Source of the DNA: Nitrospirota bacterium
Lineage (GTDB): Bacteria; Nitrospirota; Nitrospiria; Nitrospirales; NS-4
DNA length: 64,000 nt
Direction: 5' to 3'
NCBI GenBank assembly: GCA_963788195.1
Contig: CAWBGA010000001.1
Span: 64,001 to 128,000, forward strand
Shown: piece by piece, positions 29,751 to 41,043 of the stretch
Numbering within the stretch: the first letter of the stretch is position 1
Layout: each line of letters starts with the position of its first letter
The notes under the pieces: model-generated
Seen by the model: only the letters and a program-made list of their open reading frames with translations
Databases searched by the model: none
Told to the model about the DNA's origin: nothing
Program-made: the position numbers and the translations under genes

Positions 29751-30408
29751 ATGAAGGATCGGGATATTCACGCCTGCATGCGGCATTCTCGGGCGGGAGG
29801 TGCGCCGCTGGAGAGAGCCGGTCGTGGGCATTGTGGCGAAAGCCTCAAGGGATCCGTTTCAAATTTTGGTCGCCACGATTCTGAGTTTACGGACCCGGGA
29901 TCAGACAACGGCCGAGGCATCTGAACGCTTGTTCCGACTGGCGACAACACCCATCGCAATGGGAAACCTCACGGTTCGACAGATTGAACGCGCCATCTAT
30001 CCGGTCGGTTTTTACAGGACCAAGGCCAGGCAGATCCGGGAGATCTGTCGAGAACTGCAAAAGCGCTATCGGGGCCGAGTTCCCGACGACATTGGTGAGC
30101 TGCTGACGCTTCATGGCGTCGGACGCAAGACCGCCAATCTCGTGGTAACCTTAGGGTTCCAAAAGCCGGGAATCTGTGTGGATATCCATGTGCATCGGAT
30201 CAGCAATCGCTGGGGCTACATTCAGACCCGTACTCCGGCAGAGAGCGAAGCGGCCTTGCGCGGTAAACTGCCCAAGTCGTATTGGATCGGTTATAACGAT
30301 CTGCTCGTGCCTTTCGGACAGAATATCTGCACGCCGATTTCGCCGCGCTGCAGTGTCTGCAAGCTGACGCGGTATTGCAGCCGGGTGGGGGTCACGACCT
30401 CGCGCTAG
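29751..30408 (+). CDS. nth: Endonuclease III (HhH-GPD, 4Fe-4S) (frameshift near 29783)
   Basis: ILVATILS, GFYRTKA, LHGVGRKTAN, VDIHVHRI, C-x6-C-x2-C-x5-C. Confidence 0.92.
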
Positions 30409-30444
30409 CAGCACTTGGCGGACGTGTCGCAGGGAAAAAGAAAC

Positions 30445-30879
30445 TTAGATGAAGAGGGTGGTTTCGGCGTCGGCGGCTAAATTCAGAATCAGCGGAAGGC
30501 CTAAAACGTCGTCCACCTTCGAAGCGAAATCCTCGTACTTCACACTCATGTACTCGAGGCCGGCGCTGCATGCGATCAGTTTGAAGCTGCCGACCTCCTT
30601 GGCCTCTTCAAACATTTCAGAAATCTTGGGCGCCTTCTTCTCGGTCATGATCCGGGCAACTTCCTCCGCATGGGCTTCATAGGCCGGCGAAAAGTCAATC
30701 CGGTCGAGCTCACCCATCGCCAGCTTTTTGATCGCCCAAAACATCAAAAAGACATATACCTCTTTTCCCATGGCGGCAGCCGTCAACCCGATCGTCGCGG
30801 CCTGATGCAACTTGTCATAGGTGCCGCCGTGTAGGAAGATCACGAAACGAGGCTTTTTCGTGGACGGGGTGGCGCTCAC
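30445..30879 (-). CDS. DsrE-like protein
   Basis: AAAMGKEVYVFLMFWA, LIACSAG, TLFI end. Confidence 0.75.
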   Translation of the reverse strand: MSATPSTKKPRFVIFLHGGTYDKLHQAATIGLTAAAMGKEVYVFLMFWAIKKLAMGELDRIDFSPAYEAHAEEVARIMTEKKAPKISEMFEEAKEVGSFKLIACSAGLEYMSVKYEDFASKVDDVLGLPLILNLAADAETTLFI

Positions 30880-31262
30880 GGCTTGAGGGTCGACGTGATC
30901 CCGCTCACGAAGTCACCCACTAAACGATCGACCTCGGAATTGCTCATCGGTCGATCGATAATCTCGGCCTGGTTGTTGATCTCCTGGCCTTTATCGGACT
31001 CCGAGCGCAGGATCATGGTCCGATCCTGATCGACATCGATATGAATGAACCACTCTTTTTCGCCTAGGCGGATGCTCGCTTCTTTTCCTGTCGAATGTTT
31101 CTTCACTTCCACTTCAGGGGACGCGGCGGGATCAGCGGACACGGGCGCCCATGTTATCAGCACGGCGCAGCTAAAAACGGCGCCGAGCGTCAAACTCAAT
31201 CCACGGGAAGGAGCAGTCTTCGAGAGCGGGACGGCGTTACGGTAAGGGTTAGCTGTTGCCAT
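30876..31262 (-). CDS. Hypothetical exported or membrane-anchored protein
   Basis: Hydrophobic N-terminal segment ending VSA-D; 4-nt overlap with the downstream DsrE gene. Confidence 0.6.
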   Translation of the reverse strand: MATANPYRNAVPLSKTAPSRGLSLTLGAVFSCAVLITWAPVSADPAASPEVEVKKHSTGKEASIRLGEKEWFIHIDVDQDRTMILRSESDKGQEINNQAEIIDRPMSNSEVDRLVGDFVSGITSTLKP

Positions 31263-31357
31263 GCTTGCGCTCTCTCGTGAGTTAACGTTCTCTAAATGCA
31301 TTATACATGCGGAAATGGCGAATAGTAAATTACCTCGCCCGGATGTTACGATTTGAC

Positions 31358-34001
31358 ATGCAGAACCGTCAGAGCGTGTACCTGATCGACGGCAGCGGCT
31401 ATCTGTATCGGGCTTTTTTCGCCCTGCCTTCGCTCGCCACCACAACCGGCCTGCCCACGAACGCGGTCTACGGCTTCATCAATATGTTGCAGAAGGTCGT
31501 GCGTGAGCGTCGCCCGGACTACCTGGCGGTGGTGTTCGATGCCAAAGGACGCACGCACCGGCATGAGCAGTTCAAGGACTACAAGGCGCAGCGACGGCCT
31601 ATGCCCGATTCCCTGTCTCAACAGGTTCCCTATATCCATCGAGCTGTCGATGCGTATGCTATTCCCGTCGTGAAGCTTGAAGGATACGAGGCGGACGATC
31701 TCATTGGCACGCTGTCGGTCCAAGCCGCCGGGGCCGGATTCGATGTCGTCATCGTGACGAGCGATAAGGACATGTTCCAACTGTTGTCGCCTGAAATCCG
31801 GATATACGATCCGGTGAAGGACAAGGTCTTTACTGAAGAGGATTGTTTCGAGCGTTTTGGTGTGGCGCCGGCCGGAATGATTGAGATTATGGGACTCATG
31901 GGAGATTCTGTGGACAACATTCCAGGGGTAAAAGGCATCGGTGAGAAGACGGCGAGAAAGCTGATAGAAGAATTCAAAACTATTGAAAACCTTCTGATGT
32001 GCGTGAAGGACGTCAAGGCCGAGAAGCTTCGTGGCCTCCTTCAGACATATGGAGAAGAGGCGCGTCGCAGCCGGGAGCTGGCGACACTCGTCACTGACTG
32101 TCCCGTTTCATTCGATCCGGAGTCTTTCCGCCTGGGTGAGGCAAGAACCGACGAATTGGCCGCCATGTTCCGCGAATTGGAATTCTGGGGACTGCTCAAG
32201 GCGTTGAAAGGCGAAGAGACCGGCCAGCAAACTCCCAGGGCGGCGGTCTCCATCATTGCCGATGCAGGTGGTGCCGAATCGCTGCGCGCCGCTCTCGTCG
32301 AAGCCGGCGCGGTAGCGCTCCACTGTGAATTGAGCGGGCCTGAGGTGCTTCGGTCCACACTGGTGGGTATTGGGCTGTGCCTGCCTGGTGGCGAGCCTCT
32401 GTACGTTCCGGCAGGGAACGAATTGAAGACCCTCCAATCAGCGCTCGAGGCGTCCGGGGCGAAGCTATACGTTCATGACTACAAGGCCGCGTGGCTCGCA
32501 CTGTCTAAGGCGGGGGTGCCGCCGGCGAAGGCCGCGTTCGATACGATGTTGGCCGCCTATCTACTGAACCCCAACCGTCGCGCTCCTACGCTAGAGGTGC
32601 TGATGCAGGAGAGCTTTGCGGAATCGCTTCAAGACAGCGATGTGGCGGAGACCGAGCGCAAGGGAGATCTCTTCGATCAGGGTGAGTTCCATCAGTCCGC
32701 GGCAAGGGCGGGCGCCGCGGCGTCTGCAATAGCCCGGCTTCAGCCCTTGTTGTCCGAGAGGCTGTCACAAAGCGGCTTAACGGAGCTGTACGAACAGGTG
32801 GAGTTGCCGTTGACAGTGGTGTTGGCCGAGATCGAGGCGAATGGATTCCGACTCGATACGGACATGCTTGCCGAATGTCGGCAAGGAACTCGATCAGCAG
32901 CTGGGATCTATTCTACAGGGAATCTATCGGCTGGCTGGCGTGGAATTTAATGTAAATTCCCCGAAGCAGCTGTGCGAAGTGCTTTTTGAAAAGCTCAAGC
33001 TGACCCCGATTAAAAAGACGAAGACCGGCTACTCGACCGATGAGGATGTTCTGACGCAGCTCGCCGTGCACCACGAACTACCGGCGGAGATTCTGAACTA
33101 TCGAAGTCTCAGCAAGCTAAAATCCACGTATGTGGACGCTCTCCCGCGTCTGGTGAATCCCGCAACCGGACGGCTGCATACCTCGCTCCATCAGACAGTC
33201 ACAGCCACAGGTCGGATCTCGTCATCGGAGCCGAATCTGCAGAACATTCCGATCAAAGGCGAATGGGGCGGGCGGATACGGGCAGCGTTCGTGGCCGATG
33301 CCGGTTGGATGCTAATCTCCGCTGACTACAATCAAATCGAGCTGCGCATTCTTACCCATCTTTCGCAGGACCCGGTCCTGATCGGGGCGTACGACCGAGG
33401 CGACGACGTCCATACGACCACCGCGATGGAGATCTTTGGCCTGCCGTCGGGTCAGATCACCAAAGATATGCGCCGCGTGGCCAAAACCGTAAACTTCGGC
33501 ATCATCTATGGAATCAGTCCGTTCGGTCTCTCATCACAACTGGGAATCTCCACCCAGGAGGCGAAGAGGTACATCGAGGCTTATTTTGCCCGATTTGAAG
33601 GCGTCAAGGCCTACATCGATCGCACTGTGACGGAAGCCAAAGCCACCGGCTATAGCACAACGCTGTTCGGACGCCGTCGCCCAATTCCGGAGTTGCGAAG
33701 CGCCGACGCCACGCAACGCAGTTTTGGGGAGCGCGTGGCGATGAATTCTCCGATACAGGGAGCCGCCGCCGACATCATTAAACTCGCGATGCTCGCCTTG
33801 CGCCGTCGGATCGTCACAGAGGGCCGGAGAGCCAAGATACTCCTTCAGGTCCATGACGAGTTGATTCTGGAAGTGCCGGATGCGGAGCTGGACGTGGCGC
33901 GCGTAATGGTCACCGAAGAGATGGAAGGGGTCATCGAGCTCGCGGCTCCACTGAAAGTCGATATTGGGGTAGGGAAAAACTGGCGCGAAGCCCACCCCTG
34001 A
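31358..34001 (+). CDS. polA: DNA polymerase I (frameshift near 32876)
   Basis: LIDGSGYLYRAF, YEADD, GDSVDNIPGV, TATGRISSSEPNLQNIP, ADYNQIELR, AKTVNFGIIYG, QVHDEL. Confidence 0.96.
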
Positions 34002-34007
34002 CGGTGG

Positions 34008-34331
34008 CATGGGAAAGGGAATCTGTCCTACGGGACAAAAGCCTGTCGCTTGGGAAGACGGCATGTCCTGGCATGCCGAGGGAGGGCGGGTGCAATGCAG
34101 GCTTGGGGTAGGGGGTGAGATGTGAACTCCGGAGCGCGGAAAGTTGAGATGAAGATCAAGAACAGAGAACCATCCCGGCGGCCTTCAATAATCAGCAGGC
34201 CCATGGGCGAGACGAACTCGTCCTGGCGAGTTCTGGGGTGGACTGGGTGTAGTGGTCGAGCAAGCTCGGCTTGGTGGGCGGGTGCCACGGGAAAAGAAGC
34301 TGTCTTGCCAGCTTCGGGGTGGGTGGGTGTA
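34008..34331 (+). repeat. Hairpin/G-tract repeat cluster (locus D), nested units plus linker module
   Basis: AAGCCTG-TC[...CGGCATG-TCCTGG-CATGCCG...]G-CAGGCTT; GAACTCG-TCCTGG-CGAGTTC; GAAGCTG-TCTTGC-CAGCTTC. Confidence 0.93.
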
Positions 34332-34459
34332 ATGCCGTCGGTGTGGCATCGCTTTCATCGGTCCTACGCTTCCGGGCGGCGTTGACCCTCTGCAAAACGG
34401 TATGCTAACGTGATCGGTCGTCGTCCCGCATGCCATCCCCGGGTATCGAGGCGTTTCTC

Positions 34460-35569
34460 ATGAGTGATCGAGTGCTTGAGGAAATCGCGGCCCTCCAAGA
34501 CGAGGACTGGGCCCTGCGGGAAGAAGCTGCAGCCCTGCTGGGGGACTTCGCCGATCCTCGCGCCATCCCGCCGCTGATCAAGGCTCTTCATGATGAGGAC
34601 CGTGCCGTGCGTGAGGCGGCGGCGATAGCGCTGCGAAAGATCGGACGGGCTGCATTACCGGCGCTGGTCCAGGTGTTGAAGGATCCAAACGGAAACGTTC
34701 AAGAAGCTGCGATCTCGATCCTGAAGGATTTTCCCGACGCTTCTACCGTGGAACCGCTGATCGAATGCCTAGCCAGCAAGAATTGGATTTTGCGCATGCA
34801 TGCTGTGAAGGCGTTGGGGCAATCCGCAGACGAAAGGGTGGTGCAAGCCTTGATTCCCTTGCTCATGGACCCGGTCAAGGCGGTTCGGGTGGACACTACG
34901 GAAGCACTGGCGCGTTTGGGCGCTGCCGCATTGACATCCTTGCTTGACGCTCTGAACGGGGAGGAATGGATTCTCAGACTTCACGCCTGTGAGGCATTGG
35001 GAAAGATGGGCGCGGAGGAAGCCGTGGCGCCGCTTTGCGAGCTGATGCTGAGCGATCGGGACGCCGCCGTTCGGCAGGATGCTGCGAAGGCGCTTGGCGG
35101 CATCGGCAGCGCTCGCGCGTTGGAGCCCTTGAGCACAGCCCTGCAAGACCTCGAGGTGCGCCCCTTTGCGGTCGAGGCCTTGGGAAAGATCAAAGACGCG
35201 CGCGCCGTACCAACACTGATCGACATCGTGACCGGCAAGGGGCGTCCTGCGAATGCCAGAAGGGCGGCGAATTGCGGGGATGAGACCGGCGAACAGTTCT
35301 TTGAGGAAATGGAAGTGCAGGAGCATGCCATCGGGGCGCTCGCGGACATCGGGGACGACCGCGCGATCGATCCGGTGATCGGCGCGTTACAGGATACACG
35401 CCTGCGCTCCGCTGCTGCCCTAGCCTTGGGCAGACTTGGATTGCGCGTGGCCGACCCGTTATTGGCAAGGATGAAAACTGAAACCGATTCCAACATTCTC
35501 TACCACGCCCGAGCCGTCCTCACGAGCGTGGGGTGGCGACCACGACCCAACATGAAAGCAGGTATCTAA
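34460..35569 (+). CDS. HEAT/PBS-lyase-like repeat protein 1
   Basis: Repeated L.D.D..VR..AA.ALG.I.D.RA..PL units. Confidence 0.9.
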   Translation: MSDRVLEEIAALQDEDWALREEAAALLGDFADPRAIPPLIKALHDEDRAVREAAAIALRKIGRAALPALVQVLKDPNGNVQEAAISILKDFPDASTVEPLIECLASKNWILRMHAVKALGQSADERVVQALIPLLMDPVKAVRVDTTEALARLGAAALTSLLDALNGEEWILRLHACEALGKMGAEEAVAPLCELMLSDRDAAVRQDAAKALGGIGSARALEPLSTALQDLEVRPFAVEALGKIKDARAVPTLIDIVTGKGRPANARRAANCGDETGEQFFEEMEVQEHAIGALADIGDDRAIDPVIGALQDTRLRSAAALALGRLGLRVADPLLARMKTETDSNILYHARAVLTSVGWRPRPNMKAGI

Positions 35570-36886
35570 ATGGCACAGTCACTTGATGACCTATTGGAAG
35601 CGTTGGCGGATCCCGACGATGCGACCCGTGAGGAGGCGGCACAAACTCTCGCCGCCCAGCCGTATCCGAAAGCCACCCAGGCCCTCATCGAGGCATTGGA
35701 AGATGAGTACTGGGTTGTCCGGATGCATGCCGCGCATGCCCTGGGAAAAATCGCCGGTCCGCCGGTGCTCGAAGCGCTGCTGCCGCTCCTTGGAGATCCG
35801 ATTAAGGAATGTCGGGATGGCGCTGTAGAAGACTTTGTCCGTATTGGGCCACCGGCAGTTCCACGCCTTATCCAGGGTCTTCGCGACGAGCGCTGGCGAG
35901 TGCGGGAATGTGCCGCGCGGGCGCTCGGCCGTATCGGGGACAACAGCGCCGTGGAGAGCTTGATTGCCGCATTGCGCGACCGTGACGGCGCGGTCCGGAC
36001 CGTCGCCGCTGAGGCATTGGGCAGGCTTGGCGATCCAAGGGCCATTAAAGGATTGATAGCGCTCTTCAAGGACAGTTCCAAGCTGGTAAGAGTCAGCGCC
36101 ACGATCGCGTTGACTCAAATCGGCGATGCGACTGTGGAGCCGTTGATGGCTGGTCTCAAAGACGAAAATTTCCAAGTGCGCTTACATTCGGTCCAAGCCC
36201 TTGGAGGAATCACGAGCGATTATCCGACAGGCCGGTCCTGGCTTCGCGATTCGCGGCCGGTGCCCTCTCTGATCAGTTGTCTCCAGGACAGGGACCGCGC
36301 CGTACGCGAGGACGTTGCGATCGCGCTGGGCATGATCGGTGATCAGAGCGCTGTGCCTGCCCTCATCGAGTCACTCAAGGACGGACAGGTCAAGGTCAGG
36401 GCGATCATGGCCTTGGGTATGATCGGTGACGTACGGGCTGTCGAGCCCTTGATCGAGATCCTTCAAGGGATCGGGATCTATCAAAAAGGTACCCCCACGC
36501 CGGGCTGCATTGTCAGCGAGGAATGGTTTATTCGCGAAGAGGCGGCCAAGGCCCTCGGGCATTTCAATGACATCCGCAGTGTGCCCGCTCTCCTGGACGC
36601 CCTCAAAGACACTCGCCTGCGGGAAAAAGCCTCCGGGGCGTTGGTCGAGCTCGGGCCGCAGGTCATCGATCAACTGGTGGATTTCTATAACGATCCCGCG
36701 GCCTCGTTTGTCGAGGAGCACAACCAGAATATTATGTCCTATGCGACTAACCGCCTTGGAGCTCAAACCGCGCTCCGTGCATGCGTGCTGGACATACTGA
36801 CGCAATTAGGATGGACACCGCCGGAGGAGGGATCGCTCGAAGAAGCCCCGCAGAATGCCACCGGGGACGGGGCGACCTCACGGTAG
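35570..36886 (+). CDS. HEAT/PBS-lyase-like repeat protein 2
   Basis: Same repeat pattern; abuts protein 1. Confidence 0.9.
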   Translation: MAQSLDDLLEALADPDDATREEAAQTLAAQPYPKATQALIEALEDEYWVVRMHAAHALGKIAGPPVLEALLPLLGDPIKECRDGAVEDFVRIGPPAVPRLIQGLRDERWRVRECAARALGRIGDNSAVESLIAALRDRDGAVRTVAAEALGRLGDPRAIKGLIALFKDSSKLVRVSATIALTQIGDATVEPLMAGLKDENFQVRLHSVQALGGITSDYPTGRSWLRDSRPVPSLISCLQDRDRAVREDVAIALGMIGDQSAVPALIESLKDGQVKVRAIMALGMIGDVRAVEPLIEILQGIGIYQKGTPTPGCIVSEEWFIREEAAKALGHFNDIRSVPALLDALKDTRLREKASGALVELGPQVIDQLVDFYNDPAASFVEEHNQNIMSYATNRLGAQTALRACVLDILTQLGWTPPEEGSLEEAPQNATGDGATSR

Positions 36887-36893
36887 TATTACC

Positions 36894-38030
36894 ATGGCCA
36901 AAAAAGACCGGACAGAAGATCTCGTCAGGGATCTCACCCATGAAGAGGACTGGAAGCGGATGAACGCCACGGCCGAGCTGCTCAAACGCGGGCCGGAGGC
37001 CGTGAGCCATCTGATTTCGGAAGGGCTGTCGGCTGAAAATTCCGCAACGCGCGCAGAAGCGGCCAGGATGCTCGGACGCATTAAAGACCGCGCCGCCGGC
37101 GTTTCAATAGTGCCTCTTCTGAAAGACATCGACCCCACTGTGCGGGAAGCGGCGGCCGAAGCCATTGGGCATGTTGCGGACGCACCCGCCTTGAGCGCGA
37201 TGGTCCAGCTCTTGGAGGATCCGGCGACACGGGACATTGCGGCCGAAGTCCTGGGACGGCTAAAAGATCCGGCTGCGATGCAGCCGCTCGTGGCGATGAT
37301 GGCAAGCACCGATGCGACGGCGCGGCGGATGTCGGCGGAGGCGCTGGAGCAGCTAGCTGACCCCCGCAGCGTTGATGCCTGGATTGGCGCAATGGCCTAT
37401 CCGGATCTTCTAGACATTGCCGCGCGCTCACTTAAGCGTATTTCAGATCTTCGTGATCGGATCACCGAGATTCTGGACCGCTTACGAGATATCGAGGATA
37501 CTGTGGCGTCGGAAGAGGCGCGCATCGGTGTCTCGATGGATTTGATCACCCTCGGTCGCCCGGCGGTGACTGAGTTGCTCGAGGCCCTAAATGATGACCT
37601 CTGGGTCGTGCGCGAAGCTTCGGCTCAAGCCTTGGGGATCATCGGGGATCAGCGCGCAGTCGAACCATTGTTGGAAAGGGCCAAGACGGACCGGGATCGC
37701 GGCGTGCGTGAGAGCTGCATCAAGGCATTGGGCGAATTCGGGGATGCCCGCTCGATTAATGTCCTTGTCGAGGCCGTGGAAGATCGCACGACGCGACTTG
37801 CCGCCACTGAAGCCATGTCGAAGATTAAAGATATTACCGTCCTCCTACCTCACGTCAAGCTGATCCAGACGATGAAATCCGACCGCGATGGGTTGGTCAG
37901 TTATCTTGGGGGACTGATGCTGGATAAGTTAGAGAAGATCGGCGGAGAGGCGCAGAAAGAAGAGGATCCTTGGGACGAGGAAGCCCCCTTGCCCAAGCAG
38001 CCGACTGGAGCAACGCCAAAAGATGAGTGA
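36894..38030 (+). CDS. HEAT/PBS-lyase-like repeat protein 3
   Basis: Same repeat pattern. Confidence 0.9.
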   Translation: MAKKDRTEDLVRDLTHEEDWKRMNATAELLKRGPEAVSHLISEGLSAENSATRAEAARMLGRIKDRAAGVSIVPLLKDIDPTVREAAAEAIGHVADAPALSAMVQLLEDPATRDIAAEVLGRLKDPAAMQPLVAMMASTDATARRMSAEALEQLADPRSVDAWIGAMAYPDLLDIAARSLKRISDLRDRITEILDRLRDIEDTVASEEARIGVSMDLITLGRPAVTELLEALNDDLWVVREASAQALGIIGDQRAVEPLLERAKTDRDRGVRESCIKALGEFGDARSINVLVEAVEDRTTRLAATEAMSKIKDITVLLPHVKLIQTMKSDRDGLVSYLGGLMLDKLEKIGGEAQKEEDPWDEEAPLPKQPTGATPKDE

Positions 38031-38784
38031 GAGCGATCGGCGGATCGAGCAACTTCTAGCAGCCTTGCGCGACGATAATGAGGCGCTACGCGACCATGCC
38101 GTGGCGAGCCTGGGGCAGATGGGCTCCCCGGTGATTGACCAGCTGATCGGACTGTTTGCGGATGATGATCGGGTGATCCGGGAGGCGGGGAGGCAGGCGC
38201 TGGTGCAGATCGGCAAAACCGCGGTCGAGCCGCTCCTGACGGCCTTGCATGATGATGAATGGGCAGTCCGGGAACAGGCGGCGATCGCGCTGGGCCGTCT
38301 CAAGGACGAAAGCGCGATTGGACCTCTCATCGCCGCATTGAAGGATCGCGACGGCGCGGTCCGGCTGGCCGCCGTCGAAGCTCTCGAGAAAATCGGTGAT
38401 CCCCGTGCCGTTGAAGGTTTGATGGAGGCGTTGATGGATCAGACCGTTCGCGAAGAAGCGGCCCGGGCCCTGAAGAAGATTCCGGATCCGCGTGCCGTGG
38501 AAGGCCTCTTGACCGGATTGGCGGAGGGCAACTGGATCGTCAAGCGCCATGCCGCCGAAGCTTTGGGCCTTATCGCGGATCGACGCGCCTTGCAGGGATT
38601 GACACAGGCCCTTCTAGACGAGGATTGGCTCGTCCGCCGCAACGCGGCCGAGTCACTCGCGCGACTGGGGGACCGCGGGGTCGTGGATGCGCTCGTGCCC
38701 TTGTTGGAAGATGAGAATGATATGGTTCGCGAAACGGTCGAGGGTGCGCTCTCGAGCCTCGGATGGACCCCGCCCAGCGCGTAA
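38023..38784 (+). CDS. HEAT/PBS-lyase-like repeat protein 4
   Basis: Same repeat pattern; overlaps the stop of protein 3. Confidence 0.9.
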   Translation: MSESDRRIEQLLAALRDDNEALRDHAVASLGQMGSPVIDQLIGLFADDDRVIREAGRQALVQIGKTAVEPLLTALHDDEWAVREQAAIALGRLKDESAIGPLIAALKDRDGAVRLAAVEALEKIGDPRAVEGLMEALMDQTVREEAARALKKIPDPRAVEGLLTGLAEGNWIVKRHAAEALGLIADRRALQGLTQALLDEDWLVRRNAAESLARLGDRGVVDALVPLLEDENDMVRETVEGALSSLGWTPPSA

Positions 38785-38798
38785 ATAAAGGAGCGATA

Positions 38799-39515
38799 AT
38801 GGCAGACGAAGCACCGAAGTTGATTCAGATTGGTAAGGGCGGCCCGGGTGTCAAGAAGGATGGCTTCAATCTTATCTCGGAAAATGTCGTGAAGGTCGAT
38901 ATCGAACATCGGACGATGGAAATCGAGCTTCTTGCCTACGAAGGCAAGACCGTCGTCTTAGACGTCGGGGAAGAACTCCTGGAAGAGCTGAAGGCGCTCA
39001 AGGTCGGTGATGGGGTGACGGTTCGAGTTGTTGAGGAAGAACCCGGAGGCACCCTGCACGGTGCGCCGACCAAGCGGCGGATCGTAAAGGGCTTTACAGT
39101 TCGAGCCCGGGATGCCGATAAGAGCCGGGCGGATGAGATGCTGGCCGCTATGAAGGAGCCGCATTGGCTTACCCGCAAGTATGCGGTGGAGGTGCTTGGA
39201 GCTCTTGGAGACGCGAGAGCAGTAGGGCCTCTGATCGAGGCGTTGACGGACGAGGTCAATGATATCCGGCAGCGAGCCTATGACGCCCTGATTAAGATTG
39301 GCGCCCCGAGTGTCACTCCCGTGGCGAGTTTGCTCACGCATGAGGATGACGACTTGCGGCAGTCAGCGTCGGAGATTATCCGCAAAATCGGCAAGCCGGC
39401 AGTGGAGCCGCTCACCGAGGTGATGGCTGGCGCCGACGACATCATGCAGACGAAAATTCGCAAACTTCTGGACCGCATGGGGTACAAGCCGAAGCCTAAG
39501 ACTGAGGTACTCTAA
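38799..39515 (+). CDS. HEAT repeat protein 5 with N-terminal beta-rich (OB-like) domain
   Basis: AAGGAG SD; VVKVD..LKVGDGVTVRV followed by HEAT repeats. Confidence 0.85.
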   Translation: MADEAPKLIQIGKGGPGVKKDGFNLISENVVKVDIEHRTMEIELLAYEGKTVVLDVGEELLEELKALKVGDGVTVRVVEEEPGGTLHGAPTKRRIVKGFTVRARDADKSRADEMLAAMKEPHWLTRKYAVEVLGALGDARAVGPLIEALTDEVNDIRQRAYDALIKIGAPSVTPVASLLTHEDDDLRQSASEIIRKIGKPAVEPLTEVMAGADDIMQTKIRKLLDRMGYKPKPKTEVL

Positions 39516-39516
39516 A

Positions 39517-40843
39517 TCAGGATTGAGACGCCGGGATGCTCCGGCGGCCAACCGAGGTGTATTCAAAACCAAGGGAGGCCATCCGCTCGGGTTCATACAC
39601 ATTGCGCAGATCCACAAACACCGGTGATCTAAGCCCGCTCTTGATCTGGTCTAAGTCTAAATTGCGAAACTGGTTCCACTCGGTCATCAGAACCAAGACA
39701 TCCGCTCCCTGCGCCACTTCATAGGCGCTTTCGCAAAGGCGGATCCCCGGCAATAATTTGCTGGCCTCTTCCATGGCGGCGGGATCGTACGCCTGAATCG
39801 AGGCGCCTTCTTGTATCAAACGGCCGAGAATCTCGAGTGACGGCGCGTCTCGCAAATCATTGGTGTTCGGCTTGAAGGACAGCCCCAGCACGCCGATCAA
39901 CTTTCCTTTGACCTGCCCGCCGGCCGCCTGAAGAATCTTCTCGACCATCCGTGCACGTTGGTTGGCGTTCGCGCGCACCGTGGCCTCGGCGATCTCGATG
40001 CGGCAATCTGATTGCTGACCGGTCCGAACCAAAGCGGCCACATCCTTAGGAAAGCACGATCCGCCGAAGCCCGGTCCGGGATGAAGAAATTTGGGGCCAA
40101 TACGATGGTCGAGGCCCATGCCCTTTGCGACGACCTGCACGTCGGCCCCGACACGCTCGCAGAGGTTGGCGACCTCGTTAATGAACGACACTTTTGTGGC
40201 GAGAAACGAATTGGAGGCGTACTTGATCATTTCGGCCGTCGGAATATCGGTCAACACGAAGGGCGTTTCGGTCAAGTAGAGCGGACGGTACAGATCGCGC
40301 ATGACCGCGATGGCATGAGGACTCTGCGCGCCTATAATGACCCGGTTGGGTCGCATGAAATCCTCAATCGCGGAACCTTCCCGCAAAAATTCCGGGTTGG
40401 AGACAATGTCAAAGGCGGCATTCTTGCCAGCCAGGGATCCAATCAGCTTTCGCAGGTGCTCTCCTGTGCCGACCGGCACTGTCGACTTCGTGACGATGAC
40501 TTTGTAGCCGTTCAGGTGAGTGGCGATGCCGCGGCCCACATCCTCGACGAAGGAGAGATCCGCCGAGCCGTCATTTTGTGATGGAGTGCCCACCGCAATG
40601 AAAATAACAAGGGCGGATTCGACTGCTTGAACCAGATTCGTCGTAAAGGTGAGGCGGCCATCGGAGAGGCCCTTATGAACGAGTTCCGAAAGCCCCGGCT
40701 CATAAATTGGAATCTTTCCCTTCTCCAGTCGCCGCAATCCGCTGCTCATCTTTGTCCATGCAGGTCACGTGGAGACCGAACTCCGCGAAACACGCTCCGG
40801 TGACGAGGCCGACATAGCCTGTGCCTATTACGCTAATGTTCAT
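39517..40843 (-). CDS. ugd: UDP-glucose 6-dehydrogenase (frameshift near 40733)
   Basis: MNISVIGTGYVGLV in the upstream frame; KSTVPVGT, SNPEFLREG, GFGGSCFPKD. Confidence 0.93.
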
Positions 40844-40990
40844 GTGACTCCATGGGGTTGAGGGTGGTTGCAGAAGCACGTCACTATATCAAGCGTGTCG
40901 AATACGATCAACACCTCACTGGACGCCCAAACGGACAGGGGTACCGCAAAAGATGGGGTCTCGCAATACACCGTACGTACGCCGCGTGTA

Positions 40991-41019
40991 TTGACCTTAC
41001 CCTACACCTCCACTAAAAT
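40991..41019 (+). promoter_or_regulatory. Sigma70 promoter TTGACC-N17-TAAAAT
   Basis: Near-consensus, upstream of the CBS gene. Confidence 0.55.
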
Positions 41020-41043
41020 CAGCAAGTTGCGAGGGCGCAGGCC

